A DNA stretch of 36,740 bases, from positions 1 through 36,740 of the forward strand of contig CAXGUD010000036.1 of NCBI GenBank assembly GCA_964012805.1. The letters run 5' to 3'. The notes below the pieces were generated by a model, which did no database searches, had not been told where the DNA came from, and saw only the letters and a program-made list of their open reading frames with translations. Below, in pieces: positions 1 through 8,657 of the stretch. The stretch's first letter is position 1. Each line of letters starts with the position of its first letter. This stretch comes from an uncultured Bacteriovoracaceae bacterium. GTDB lineage: Bacteria > Bdellovibrionota > Bacteriovoracia > Bacteriovoracales > Bacteriovoracaceae. A program made the position numbers and the translations under genes.

Positions 1-455
1 ATGGAGTTGTCTGGAATATTACCGTTAGTCATTAAATTGTCTTCAAGGTCATCCGATGAAATAGAGGCATTTTTTATTTGCTCTTTTCCTACTGAATTAT
101 TTTGAACCTTAGATTCTGTAACGACTCCATTAATTATATGCTTTGTATATATAGAATTACTTTTAATTTTATCCTTGTTGATACTCCCATTTTTTATTTT
201 CGAAGCGACGACCACTAGGTTTTCCATTTTTTGATTAGTAACCGCTTTATCATTTAAGTGATTGTTTTTTATTTCTTTATCTTTTAAAGACTTTGTGACC
301 ACTGCCTCATCGTCTAATTCTCTACTGCTCACAGTCTCTTTAGCTAGACCTGATGTATTCACTGAACCATCTTTAAGAGAACTTTCAATACCACTTAAAT
401 TTGAGTTGATAGAGTCATCTTTTATTTTTAGAGTGGTCACTGCTTTTTCTAGAAT
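1..455 (-). repeat. Diverged 10-aa (30-nt) coding repeats, about 14 complete units, truncated by the window edge
   Basis: ILEKAVTTLK, IKDDSINSNL, LKDGSVNTSG, LAKETVSSRE, LDDEAVVTKS ... IKNASISSDD, LEDNLMTNGN in the partial CDS. Confidence 0.8.
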
Positions 456-1457
456 CATACCTGTCGTTATTTTCTTTTTCTTTGGAGTCCACTCCAAGCT
501 ATCATCATCCTGTTTAGAGTAAATGAGAATAAATTCATCCTCAGAATCTGTGTTAGAAACATCAGAAATATCACTGACTTTTGAAACGGCTTTATTGATT
601 TGGTCCCAGGTATAATCACCTGCCTCAGATTTAATTTCACCGCCTCTTCCAAAAAAAGATTCAATTTTTCCGGTGTAGCTTATCTTTTGCCATTTAGAAC
701 CATTCCATATGAGCCAATCTCCCTTCCTCCAAATAGTATCATCATCGCATTCTTCTGTTTCCTCATCCTCATTATAGCGGCAAGATTTAATATTAGGATC
801 TGGGACCCCTTCAACTGTAACAACCCAGTAGTCTCCACTCTCAGGTTTGATGATAGGATCATCTTTTATTTTTAGCAGACCATTCATTTTTTTATCTGAA
901 ATATTCCATTGCCCCTGATAATTAACCCCTTTAATACCTTTTGAAATAAATATGCCTTCCGCTTCCCTCCATATTAAAAAATCTCCTTCCATTGCAGCTC
1001 TGCCTTTCCTGCCTTCTCCTTTATCACTGTCTTCTCTTTTATCAAATACTTTGGAGAACTTGGAGACTTTAATCCCTTTACAAATCTTTTCATTTTCTTC
1101 ATCACTCCCTACTTTTTCACCAACAGTACAAATTTTTTCAGGGGTCACAGCTTGATTTTTAAGGCTATGCCCCTTTTTAAAACAAATGAACTCATCTTTT
1201 CCAATAGGTCTTTCTTCTTCATCATCACCACAGTTTTTTACTTTATTCCCATCTTCATCTTTCTTAATGCGACCACGTCTAACCTCTATTTTAAGTTCTC
1301 TTACCTGCTTCCATCGATCTTTATCAACTGAGAGAGTAGGAAATTTCTGAGCATTAGCGTAACTTGTTAGTGCTTTAAGACCAACACCTAAGAGTAAGGT
1401 CAGGACCAAAAAAATAAAAAAGAAAATTTTTAAATCTTTTAAAAATTTCCTCATCAT
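1..1457 (-). CDS. Partial (runs off left edge) secreted fibre-like protein, paralog of the 1454..4219 protein
   Basis: Not in the ORF track. Hand translation from ATG ATG at 1457/1454 is open to base 1 (~485 codons): MMRKFLKDLKIFFLFFLVLTLLLGVGLKALTSYANAQ (signal peptide)...GVNYQGQWN...GDYWVV...WRKGDWLIWNGSKWQKISYTGKIESFFGRGGEIKSEAGDYTWDQINKAVSKVSDISDV, then 10-aa repeats (LNDKAVTNQK, IKNGSINKDK). Start overlaps the upstream TGA, with GGAG just upstream. Confidence 0.9.
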   Translation of the reverse strand, partial: MMRKFLKDLKIFFFIFLVLTLLLGVGLKALTSYANAQKFPTLSVDKDRWKQVRELKIEVRRGRIKKDEDGNKVKNCGDDEEERPIGKDEFICFKKGHSLKNQAVTPEKICTVGEKVGSDEENEKICKGIKVSKFSKVFDKREDSDKGEGRKGRAAMEGDFLIWREAEGIFISKGIKGVNYQGQWNISDKKMNGLLKIKDDPIIKPESGDYWVVTVEGVPDPNIKSCRYNEDEETEECDDDTIWRKGDWLIWNGSKWQKISYTGKIESFFGRGGEIKSEAGDYTWDQINKAVSKVSDISDVSNTDSEDEFILIYSKQDDDSLEWTPKKKKITTGMILEKAVTTLKIKDDSINSNLSGIESSLKDGSVNTSGLAKETVSSRELDDEAVVTKSLKDKEIKNNHLNDKAVTNQKMENLVVVASKIKNGSINKDKIKSNSIYTKHIINGVVTESKVQNNSVGKEQIKNASISSDDLEDNLMTNGNIPDNS

Positions 1458-4219
1458 AAATCTCCGATTCGAGACATAGTCACCTGTAAATTTTCAAAAC
1501 CTAAAGTGTGCCCACTTTTGTTTATCAATCTGACTTGCACCGTATTTACACCACGTTTAAAAACGACATCCCCACTAAAAGATGTGTTGCCAAAAGTTTT
1601 TTGTTTTGAAAAGGTTAACCAACCTCCATTGTCTTTAATTTCAATATTAAGCTCATGAAGTTGGCTGCTATTTGCCGAATTTTTGAAAAGCCCATGAAAG
1701 CTTAAACGATAAAAACCTGCTTTAATGATTGAAATTGAAGAAGAACTTAACGCCATATGAGAACTTGAATTAGAAGACTTAGAAACCTCTGTTCCCCCAC
1801 TCCAATTAACTACAGATCCATTATTCACGTTGAAGTTTTCATACCTTTTTACAAAATAGAAAGGCGTACTTAAATCGGAGATTTGCTTGTTAACCCAACC
1901 TAAAGGCACTCCATCTTTATCATTTTGAGGATCCGCTAAATTAGTCACCTTCTTAGAAGACATATCGAGGTTCCCTCTAATTTTTGCTTCTCCATTAACA
2001 TCCAATGTAGCTGCAGGAGACGTTGTTCCCACTCCTACATTGCCGTCTGCTGGGCGGACAAAAAGCTGATTCTTAGTTCCTAGACCCATAGACTGCCTTG
2101 TTGATTCAGCATCTTTTAACTGAAGTTTTCCACCCTCAACTCCAACAAATTGATCAGCAGCTGGATTCATATCGGAAATATCATCAAGTCTTTTTGAATA
2201 GGCCTGAACATCACTTCCTATTTTGACACCCAAATTAATCCTTGCCTGTTCGACGGTTGAAGCTCCTGTTCCACCTTCGAGAATACTTAAGTTATTTTTA
2301 CTTGAAAGAACACCACTCCCATCATTAATAACTATTTCACCCGCATTTCCCGCTTGAATTTTATCCCTACTAATTGAGGCATTGGATGCCACATCGGTAT
2401 CATTTATAGACCCATCTGAAATTTTTGAGCTCGTAACAGAATCTGCTGAAAACTTAGCACTCGTTATAGCTCCGTTAACGATTTTAGAAGCCGTGACACT
2501 ACCATTTTTTATTTTGGAAGAAACAATAGAGTTATCAGCTAACTTCTCAGTCGTAACTGAGCCATTTAAAATCTTAGAGCTTGTAACTGAATTGTCTGCA
2601 AGTTTTGAAGCATTAATAGCATTATCCGCAATTTTTGATACCGTTATAGCATCATCATCTATCTTTGCTGTCGTGACGGCCATATCGGCAAGCTTACCTT
2701 CAGTCACAGCATTGTCGGCAATCTTTGAAGAAGTTATAGACTGTTCTTTTATTTTTTCCGTCGTCACGGCCCCTTCAGCGATTTGAGAACTACTAACAGA
2801 GTTGTCTGCTAACTTTTCGCTAGTTATAGCACCATCAGCTATATCTTCACTTGTTATAGTTTGGTCTACAATATCTTCACTTGTAATTTTAATGGTCCAA
2901 GGTTTCCATTTTCCTTCACCACTATCCCATCTAAAAATTTGACCTTCAGTTGCTGGTATATTTGAAATATCTGCAATGTCTTGAATTTTTGAAATAGTTT
3001 TATCTATTTGGTCCCACGTATAATCATTACTTTCAGCTTCAATAATACCAATTCTGGGCTTATCGTCTTTTGATCCTTTAAAACCTGTCACTTTCCCTGA
3101 GTTAGTTACCCTTTGCCAATTAACACCGTCAAAAACAATCCAATCACCCGTATACCATTCACAAGTCTCATCATCACCCTGGTTACAATTAGCTATTTCA
3201 AGGTCATCTTTCTTAGTTACTCCAGGAGTGTCGACTATATAGTAATGACCTCTTTGTAGTGGTTCACCATTTAAAAGGGGCGGTATTGAATCAGTTTTTA
3301 CATTCCATGAGGATATAAACTTCATACCTGTAAAAGCCTTGCCGCCCCACTCACATTTTCTCTCTTTGTCCTTGTTACAAATAAAAGTGAGGAAGTCCCC
3401 ATCCTTTAGGCCTTCTATATTTAACTTGTCTGAGGTTATAGCATCATCGGCAATTTGTTTATTCGTAACCGCTCCGTCGGCGATTTTATCTGTTGTAACT
3501 GAACCATCTTCAAAGTCTATGATGAAGCTGTAATTTGTCTGCCCAAAACTATTTGAAATAATGATATTATAGAGTTTACCAGCAATCGCACGGACTATTG
3601 GCTGTTTAAATGGTTTTGGAGGGGGGTCTAATGGGTTAAAATATTTTGTTTTATCAAATTGAAAGACTATTTTACTTTTCTGACCCCGTTTCATTGAAGG
3701 CTCAATCTTAAAACTTCCGAAATATCCTGCTTTTTTACTAATCCTCTTCTTACATTCTTTCAGTGATTCTTTTAGCGAATCGATCCCTTTGTGACGACAA
3801 AAACAATGCAACCTAGCAGTATCAAGATCTTTTCCTTCTTTAATACCCTTCGCTAAACAAGCTTTGCCTTCATTTTGAAAACTTATTCTGCTTTCAAATT
3901 CTTTCTCTGAAATAAAACGCCTAGGCCCTGTTTTAAGCTTCTGAATTTCATCATCAATCTTAATTACTTTTGTCGTTTCAAGAAACTTTCCTTGTACCTC
4001 AATACTGGTAACGCCTCTAAAATTTTCCCCTTTTAGTTCTAAAGAAAACGAATCTTTTAAAAAGGAGGCGCCTGTTATGACGGGCCTGGCCTTATCCCTT
4101 CGCATCTCATCCTGCATAGAGTATTTTAAAAAACTACCATCATCTTTTTTGGGAATACATCCAAAAATTAAGAGAGATAAAACAAAAGGAATAAATATGG
4201 GTTTGAAATTGTAGGTCAA
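1454..4219 (-). CDS. 921-aa lipoprotein with phage tail-fibre / trimeric adhesin-like modules
   Basis: TTG start 9 nt after AGGAG; lipobox LLIFG-C; IADGAVTxxK decapeptide repeats; GGTGASTVEQARINLG tail-fibre motif; NVGVGTTSPAATLDVNG beta repeat; KKVTNLADPQNDKDGV neck-like motif; C-terminal beta domain containing KAGFYRLSF (C1q/TNF-like). Confidence 0.85.
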   Translation of the reverse strand: MTYNFKPIFIPFVLSLLIFGCIPKKDDGSFLKYSMQDEMRRDKARPVITGASFLKDSFSLELKGENFRGVTSIEVQGKFLETTKVIKIDDEIQKLKTGPRRFISEKEFESRISFQNEGKACLAKGIKEGKDLDTARLHCFCRHKGIDSLKESLKECKKRISKKAGYFGSFKIEPSMKRGQKSKIVFQFDKTKYFNPLDPPPKPFKQPIVRAIAGKLYNIIISNSFGQTNYSFIIDFEDGSVTTDKIADGAVTNKQIADDAITSDKLNIEGLKDGDFLTFICNKDKERKCEWGGKAFTGMKFISSWNVKTDSIPPLLNGEPLQRGHYYIVDTPGVTKKDDLEIANCNQGDDETCEWYTGDWIVFDGVNWQRVTNSGKVTGFKGSKDDKPRIGIIEAESNDYTWDQIDKTISKIQDIADISNIPATEGQIFRWDSGEGKWKPWTIKITSEDIVDQTITSEDIADGAITSEKLADNSVSSSQIAEGAVTTEKIKEQSITSSKIADNAVTEGKLADMAVTTAKIDDDAITVSKIADNAINASKLADNSVTSSKILNGSVTTEKLADNSIVSSKIKNGSVTASKIVNGAITSAKFSADSVTSSKISDGSINDTDVASNASISRDKIQAGNAGEIVINDGSGVLSSKNNLSILEGGTGASTVEQARINLGVKIGSDVQAYSKRLDDISDMNPAADQFVGVEGGKLQLKDAESTRQSMGLGTKNQLFVRPADGNVGVGTTSPAATLDVNGEAKIRGNLDMSSKKVTNLADPQNDKDGVPLGWVNKQISDLSTPFYFVKRYENFNVNNGSVVNWSGGTEVSKSSNSSSHMALSSSSISIIKAGFYRLSFHGLFKNSANSSQLHELNIEIKDNGGWLTFSKQKTFGNTSFSGDVVFKRGVNTVQVRLINKSGHTLGFENLQVTMSRIGDL
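2393..2872 (-). repeat. 16 tandem decapeptide repeats, consensus (I/L)ADx(A/S)(V/I)TxxK
   Basis: Counted from IVDQTITSED to ISDGSINDTD. Three more units occur near aa 237-267. Confidence 0.9.
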
Positions 4220-4259
4220 AAGGAAAAACTCCTGATAGCATATAACGATTACTCTACTT

Positions 4260-4286
4260 TTTTCGTCACCTACTATTATAAATTAA
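4260..4286 (-). promoter_or_regulatory. Possible promoter of the fibre genes (weak sigma-28-like, also contains TATAAT)
   Basis: Minus strand TTAA-N15-GACGAAAA, about 40 nt upstream of the TTG start. Confidence 0.3.
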
Positions 4287-4740
4287 ATCCCCAAAATTTT
4301 AGTAAACACCTGACAAAACACTTGCTAGGAACTGACATTGAGACAATTTTAAATAAATTTTTTAGAGAAATTGTTAAAACGGCTAGTTACTTCATTCAAA
4401 AGCATTTTAACCTATTGAAATATTAGAATCATTATCTGCTTTTTTTCTTTTAAGTTTTTTTAAACAAAAATACTTTTCAAAGAAAGCAAAATCATTCATT
4501 TTTTCTAAATGCCTTAGTTTATGGCCATTTTTAGAAAAACCTTCCTTATTGATAAAATAGTATTATTTAGTCCGTTTCAAGTGTAGAATAGGACAAGTCA
4601 GGAAATGGTCAAAAGGCGTCAAGGTGGAGGAAATGGAAGGGCTCACCTCAGCTATTGGTCGAAGAATATCTTCATAAACTGATATTGTTTTTGGAAATAT
4701 TCAATAAAACCCCTCTTCCACTAAAAAAGGGATTGCCATT

Positions 4741-5229
4741 ATGAAAGTTGAAAAAAACAAAGTTGTTACAATTCAATACACTTTGAAAGACGAAAAAGGC
4801 TCTGTTCTCGACTCCACCGAAAAAGGGAATCCTTTTCTTTACATTCAAGGCCATCAAAATATTATACCTGGATTAGAAAGTGAGTTGGAAGGAAAAGGGA
4901 AAGGAGACGTATTTAACGTTACCATTTCCCCTAAGGATGGTTATGGTGAAACGAACCCAAATCTTGTTCAAGAAATTCCTAAAGACCAATTCCCTGAACC
5001 ATCCGAAATTCAAGAAGGCATGCAATTTCAAGCAGACACACCAGAAGGACCAATGATCCTTACGGTTCTTGAAATTCTTGAATCAGCAATCAAAGTAGAT
5101 GGAAACCACCCCTTGGCCGGAAAAGATCTTCACTTTGAAGTAAAAGTTGTAGATGTTCGAGATGCTACCCCGGAGGAAATTGACCATGGTCATGTCCAAG
5201 GGCTAGATGGCGAAGCTCAACACCACTAA
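4741..5229 (+). CDS. slyD: FKBP-type peptidyl-prolyl isomerase SlyD
   Basis: VVTIQYTLKD, IIPGLE, VDGNHPLAGKDLHFEVKVVDVRDATPEEIDHGH; short His tail. Confidence 0.93.
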   Translation: MKVEKNKVVTIQYTLKDEKGSVLDSTEKGNPFLYIQGHQNIIPGLESELEGKGKGDVFNVTISPKDGYGETNPNLVQEIPKDQFPEPSEIQEGMQFQADTPEGPMILTVLEILESAIKVDGNHPLAGKDLHFEVKVVDVRDATPEEIDHGHVQGLDGEAQHH

Positions 5230-5281
5230 ACTCTCATTGAAAATGATTAGGTTTTAAAGCCAGCTTTCTTAAAGATAGAAC

Positions 5282-6910
5282 CTAGAGATTTCTTTTCTTT
5301 TCAAGATAGTCCCGGTAATCGCCTGGATAGAGTGCGACTCCACCCTTATCAACTTCTAAGACTTTTTGAGTTAGATGATTTAAGAAATGTCTGTCATGGC
5401 TTACAAAAAGAACTGTTCCTTCAAACCGTTCCAATACATCCATCAAGATCTCTCTTGAAGTTATATCTAAGTGGTTAGTAGGCTCGTCCAAGACGAGAAA
5501 ATTATTTTGAGCAGAAAAAATCTTGGCCAAAACCAACCGGCTCTTTTCTCCACCAGAAAGATATTTAACCTTTTTTAAAACATCATCTCCCTTAAAAAGA
5601 AAAGCGGCCAAAAGATTTCGAATAAAGCCATCACTTACATCAGGAAGCTCTTTTCGAACCTCATCAAACACACTACTTTCTGCGTCCAATACTTCAAGAG
5701 AGTATTGTCCGAAATAACCTACTTTTGTACTGGGGCCAAGTTTTACGAGGCCTGAAGTTGCTTTAGTTTCTCCACAAATTACTTTGAGAAGAGTTGATTT
5801 ACCTGCTCCATTCACGCCCACTACAGCTATTTTTTCTAGACGTCTAATGGTTGTTGTGAAGTTTTCAAAAACTTTATTTTTGTTGCCTTCGGAGTTTTCC
5901 CATTCCTTTCCAAGACTTTCCATAACAGCGACGTCATCACTTCCCCTTGGTGGTTTGGGAAATTCAAACTTCATTATTTCTTCTTCAGGAGGTAACTCAA
6001 CCCTTTCAATTTTTTCTAATTTTTTAACACGGGATTGGACCTGGGCGGCATGAGAGGCCCTCGCTTTAAACTTTTCAATGAACTCTTCTTCCTTAGAAAG
6101 CATCTCTCTTTGCCTTTCATACTCGGCCTTAAGCTGGGCCCTTCTCACCTCCCGCTCTTTCATATAAAACTCATAATTTCCACTATAAGTCGTTATCTTA
6201 CCGTGTGATATCTCAATCGTTTTTTTACAAACATTATTCATAAAATCACGGTCGTGAGTCGTCATGAAAAGAGAGCCCTTAAAGTTTCTTAGCCACTCCT
6301 CTAACCAAAGAATCGTTTCCATATCGAGGTAGTTGGTCGGCTCATCCATAATGATGAGGTCAGGGCTGATAACAAGAGTTTTGGCAAGAGCAATCCTCAT
6401 CTTCCAACCACCACTAAAATCTTCAACTTTTTGGTGGTGGCGGTCAGGAAAGATACCTAAACCTGTAAGAATTTCCTCAGCTCTATTTTCAAGATCGTAG
6501 CCTCCAACCCTTTCAAAGTCAGTCTGAAGGTCACCCATCTTGATTAAAATATCATTCATTTTATCTTCATCAAGGTTAGGGTCACCTAAAACATCTTCAT
6601 ATTCCTTTAGCTTTTCTTTCATTTCAGAAATTTTAGCATCACCTTCAATGACTTCTTGGAGAGCAGTCTTTCCCTTCATTTCTCCAACATTTTGAGAAAA
6701 ATAAGAAAGCCTTAATTTATCAGAGTAACTAACTTGTCCCTCATTGGGTCTTTCTTCACCAATGATTAAGCGGAAAAGAGTTGTCTTACCAACGCCATTA
6801 GGTCCAACCAGCCCTACTTTCTCTCCAGGGTTTATTTGAAAAGTTCCCTTGGAAAAGAGGAGGTCTCCTCCTTGAATTTTTGAAAGGTTTGAAACATTTA
6901 GCATAGACAA
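5282..6910 (-). CDS. ABC-F family ATP-binding protein
   Basis: Two NBDs (GPNGVGKT/FSGGW/DEPTNYLD; GVNGAGKS/LSGGE/DEPTNHLD), inter-NBD linker, no TM segments. Confidence 0.93.
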   Translation of the reverse strand: MSMLNVSNLSKIQGGDLLFSKGTFQINPGEKVGLVGPNGVGKTTLFRLIIGEERPNEGQVSYSDKLRLSYFSQNVGEMKGKTALQEVIEGDAKISEMKEKLKEYEDVLGDPNLDEDKMNDILIKMGDLQTDFERVGGYDLENRAEEILTGLGIFPDRHHQKVEDFSGGWKMRIALAKTLVISPDLIIMDEPTNYLDMETILWLEEWLRNFKGSLFMTTHDRDFMNNVCKKTIEISHGKITTYSGNYEFYMKEREVRRAQLKAEYERQREMLSKEEEFIEKFKARASHAAQVQSRVKKLEKIERVELPPEEEIMKFEFPKPPRGSDDVAVMESLGKEWENSEGNKNKVFENFTTTIRRLEKIAVVGVNGAGKSTLLKVICGETKATSGLVKLGPSTKVGYFGQYSLEVLDAESSVFDEVRKELPDVSDGFIRNLLAAFLFKGDDVLKKVKYLSGGEKSRLVLAKIFSAQNNFLVLDEPTNHLDITSREILMDVLERFEGTVLFVSHDRHFLNHLTQKVLEVDKGGVALYPGDYRDYLEKKRNL

Positions 6911-6928
6911 CTCTTTAGTTAAAAAATT

Positions 6929-8437
6929 TTAAAGTTGAAGACCTTTGATATTATCTAAGGACTCACCTTCATCGTCTTTAACGAGAAGACCTGCCGATTG
7001 ATAAACACAATAGTCCACAGTTGTAACGGCCGCTGGCCTATAATTCCCTGAGTTTTTAACTCCTCCAAAAGGAAGCTTTGAATTGGCCCCAACAGTTGAG
7101 CGGTTCCAATTAAAAATCCCAACGTCAATATCTCTCGCACACTGTTCGTAAACAGCTTGATCTTTTGTAAAAACTGCCCCCGCTAAGCCGTATTCGGTCC
7201 CGTTAGCAATTTCACAAGCTTCTTCAACTGTTTTATAAGGAACAAAAATAACGTTAGGACCAAAAATCTCAGACGTTAAAAAGCTGCTCTTCTTATCAAA
7301 CTTTTCAGCAAAGTGAATGGAAGGAGTTACATAATAACCCTTCTTTTTAGCTTCTACTTTCTTTCCAGGCATAATTTCTTTGATGCCCTCTTCTTTAGCA
7401 ACATCCATAAAGCGGAGGTACTCCTCCATTGCGTATTGATCGACTAGTGGGCCCATAAATGGTTCTTTATCGTGTTCAATGGGATGATCTATAACAAGTT
7501 TAGAAGCTAAATCTTTAAACTTGTTAATAAAATCATCAGCAATATCTTCATGAATCGGAACAAGTGAAGTTGATGTACACCTTTGACCTGTCGTTAAAAA
7601 AGATCCTTTTAAAACTTCAGCTAAGGCCAACTCTAAGTTTGTATCTTTATGGATAATAGACACATTCTTTCCACCAAGCTCTAAAGAAATCAATTTTGTT
7701 AGGTCCTTATAAGTATTTTCTAAAATACGAAGGCCAGCTTCTTTTCCACCTGTTAGGAAAATAACTTTTACGTCCGGATGCTTAACCATATCCATCGTTC
7801 CATGGCGGTCACTATGAATCATGCTGAAAACACCTTTTGGAAATCCAGCAGCTTCAAAACAATCAGCGAGAAGCTGAGCTGAATAACAAGCTTTTGAGGA
7901 AGGCTTGAAAATAACACTATTTCCTGAAAGAAGAGTGCTCACCATTTGACCATTGGCCAAGTGGCAAGGGAAGTTAAAGGGCCCGATAACAAGTGAAACA
8001 CCAATAGGCTTAAAATTTATGCGCCCATTGGTTTTAGGCATAATTCCTTCTATATCTTTTGTAGAGATTCTAGGAATCGATTCATTAATAGTGATATCAA
8101 CTTTACCAGCGACGGCCCCCGCTTCAACCATTCCTTCCCAATAAGGCTTTCCAATTTCTAAAGAAATCGCTTCAGCAATTTGGTCCTTACGCTTTAAAAC
8201 TTCTTCTTTATACTTTTTAAGATAAGCCGAGCGCTCTTCAAAAGATAATTTCCTCCATGTGTGGAAACCCTCGCGAGCAGAATCAAGAACTTCATCCAAA
8301 TGCTGATTAGAGACTCTACAATCCCATAAGTGGTTATCTAGATCTGCCGGGGATGCTTTACTAACAACCTTTCCTGACCCTGCATCTGCTTCGTGGTACC
8401 GACCATTAAAAAAATTCCCTTTCATTGTATATTTCAC
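6929..8437 (-). CDS. astD: Aldehyde dehydrogenase, succinylglutamate-semialdehyde dehydrogenase (AstD)-like
   Basis: GPFNFPCHLANG, LELGGKN, catalytic GQRCTS, EIFGP, PFGGVKNSGNYRPAA...DYC. Start moved from 8494 to GTG at 8437, which follows AAGGGGA. Substrate uncertain because no other ast genes are nearby. Confidence 0.75.
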   Translation of the reverse strand: MKYTMKGNFFNGRYHEADAGSGKVVSKASPADLDNHLWDCRVSNQHLDEVLDSAREGFHTWRKLSFEERSAYLKKYKEEVLKRKDQIAEAISLEIGKPYWEGMVEAGAVAGKVDITINESIPRISTKDIEGIMPKTNGRINFKPIGVSLVIGPFNFPCHLANGQMVSTLLSGNSVIFKPSSKACYSAQLLADCFEAAGFPKGVFSMIHSDRHGTMDMVKHPDVKVIFLTGGKEAGLRILENTYKDLTKLISLELGGKNVSIIHKDTNLELALAEVLKGSFLTTGQRCTSTSLVPIHEDIADDFINKFKDLASKLVIDHPIEHDKEPFMGPLVDQYAMEEYLRFMDVAKEEGIKEIMPGKKVEAKKKGYYVTPSIHFAEKFDKKSSFLTSEIFGPNVIFVPYKTVEEACEIANGTEYGLAGAVFTKDQAVYEQCARDIDVGIFNWNRSTVGANSKLPFGGVKNSGNYRPAAVTTVDYCVYQSAGLLVKDDEGESLDNIKGLQL

Positions 8438-8573
8438 AATATCCCCTTTTTTTAGAAAAAATAGAAAGTGGGCATACTTACCACAGAGGCCCAAGATTGT
8501 CCTTAAATTAACGCATAATAAGTAGATAAGATGAATCGTTGTTTAAAGTTTTATTTGGGGCCTTGGAAAGGTG

Positions 8574-8600
8574 AAAAAAAAGCCATTCCAATGGAATGGC
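8574..8600 (-). terminator. Rho-independent terminator downstream of fumC
   Basis: GCCATTCC-3 nt-GGAATGGC hairpin followed by T8 on the minus strand. Confidence 0.7.
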
Positions 8601-8657
8601 CTAAGTGGAAAAGTCATTTTCTTTTTAAATTAGCCTCTTAGAGACTTAAAAATCTCT

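Noticed and set aside
262..1155. Short ORFs 262..522, 467..664, 600..875, 680..862 and 952..1155
   Set aside because: Antisense or off-frame shadows of the long partial minus-strand gene at 1..1457.
2382..2786. 134-aa plus-strand ORF with periodic sequence
   Set aside because: Antisense mirror of the decapeptide repeat region.
2393..2872. 30-nt periodicity as a possible CRISPR array or DNA tandem repeat
   Set aside because: Units are degenerate at DNA level, have no spacers, are conserved only as protein, and no cas genes are present.
1..4219. Prophage tail-fibre locus
   Set aside because: Both proteins carry export signals, and no capsid, baseplate, terminase or integrase gene is in the window. 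The left flank is unseen.
5282..6910. ABC-F as an antibiotic-resistance (ARE) factor
   Set aside because: Subfamily cannot be assigned by eye; there is no leader peptide or mobile context, so a housekeeping role is more likely.
8438..8494. N-terminal extension of the aldehyde dehydrogenase in the ORF track
   Set aside because: No RBS at 8494; a better RBS precedes GTG 8437.
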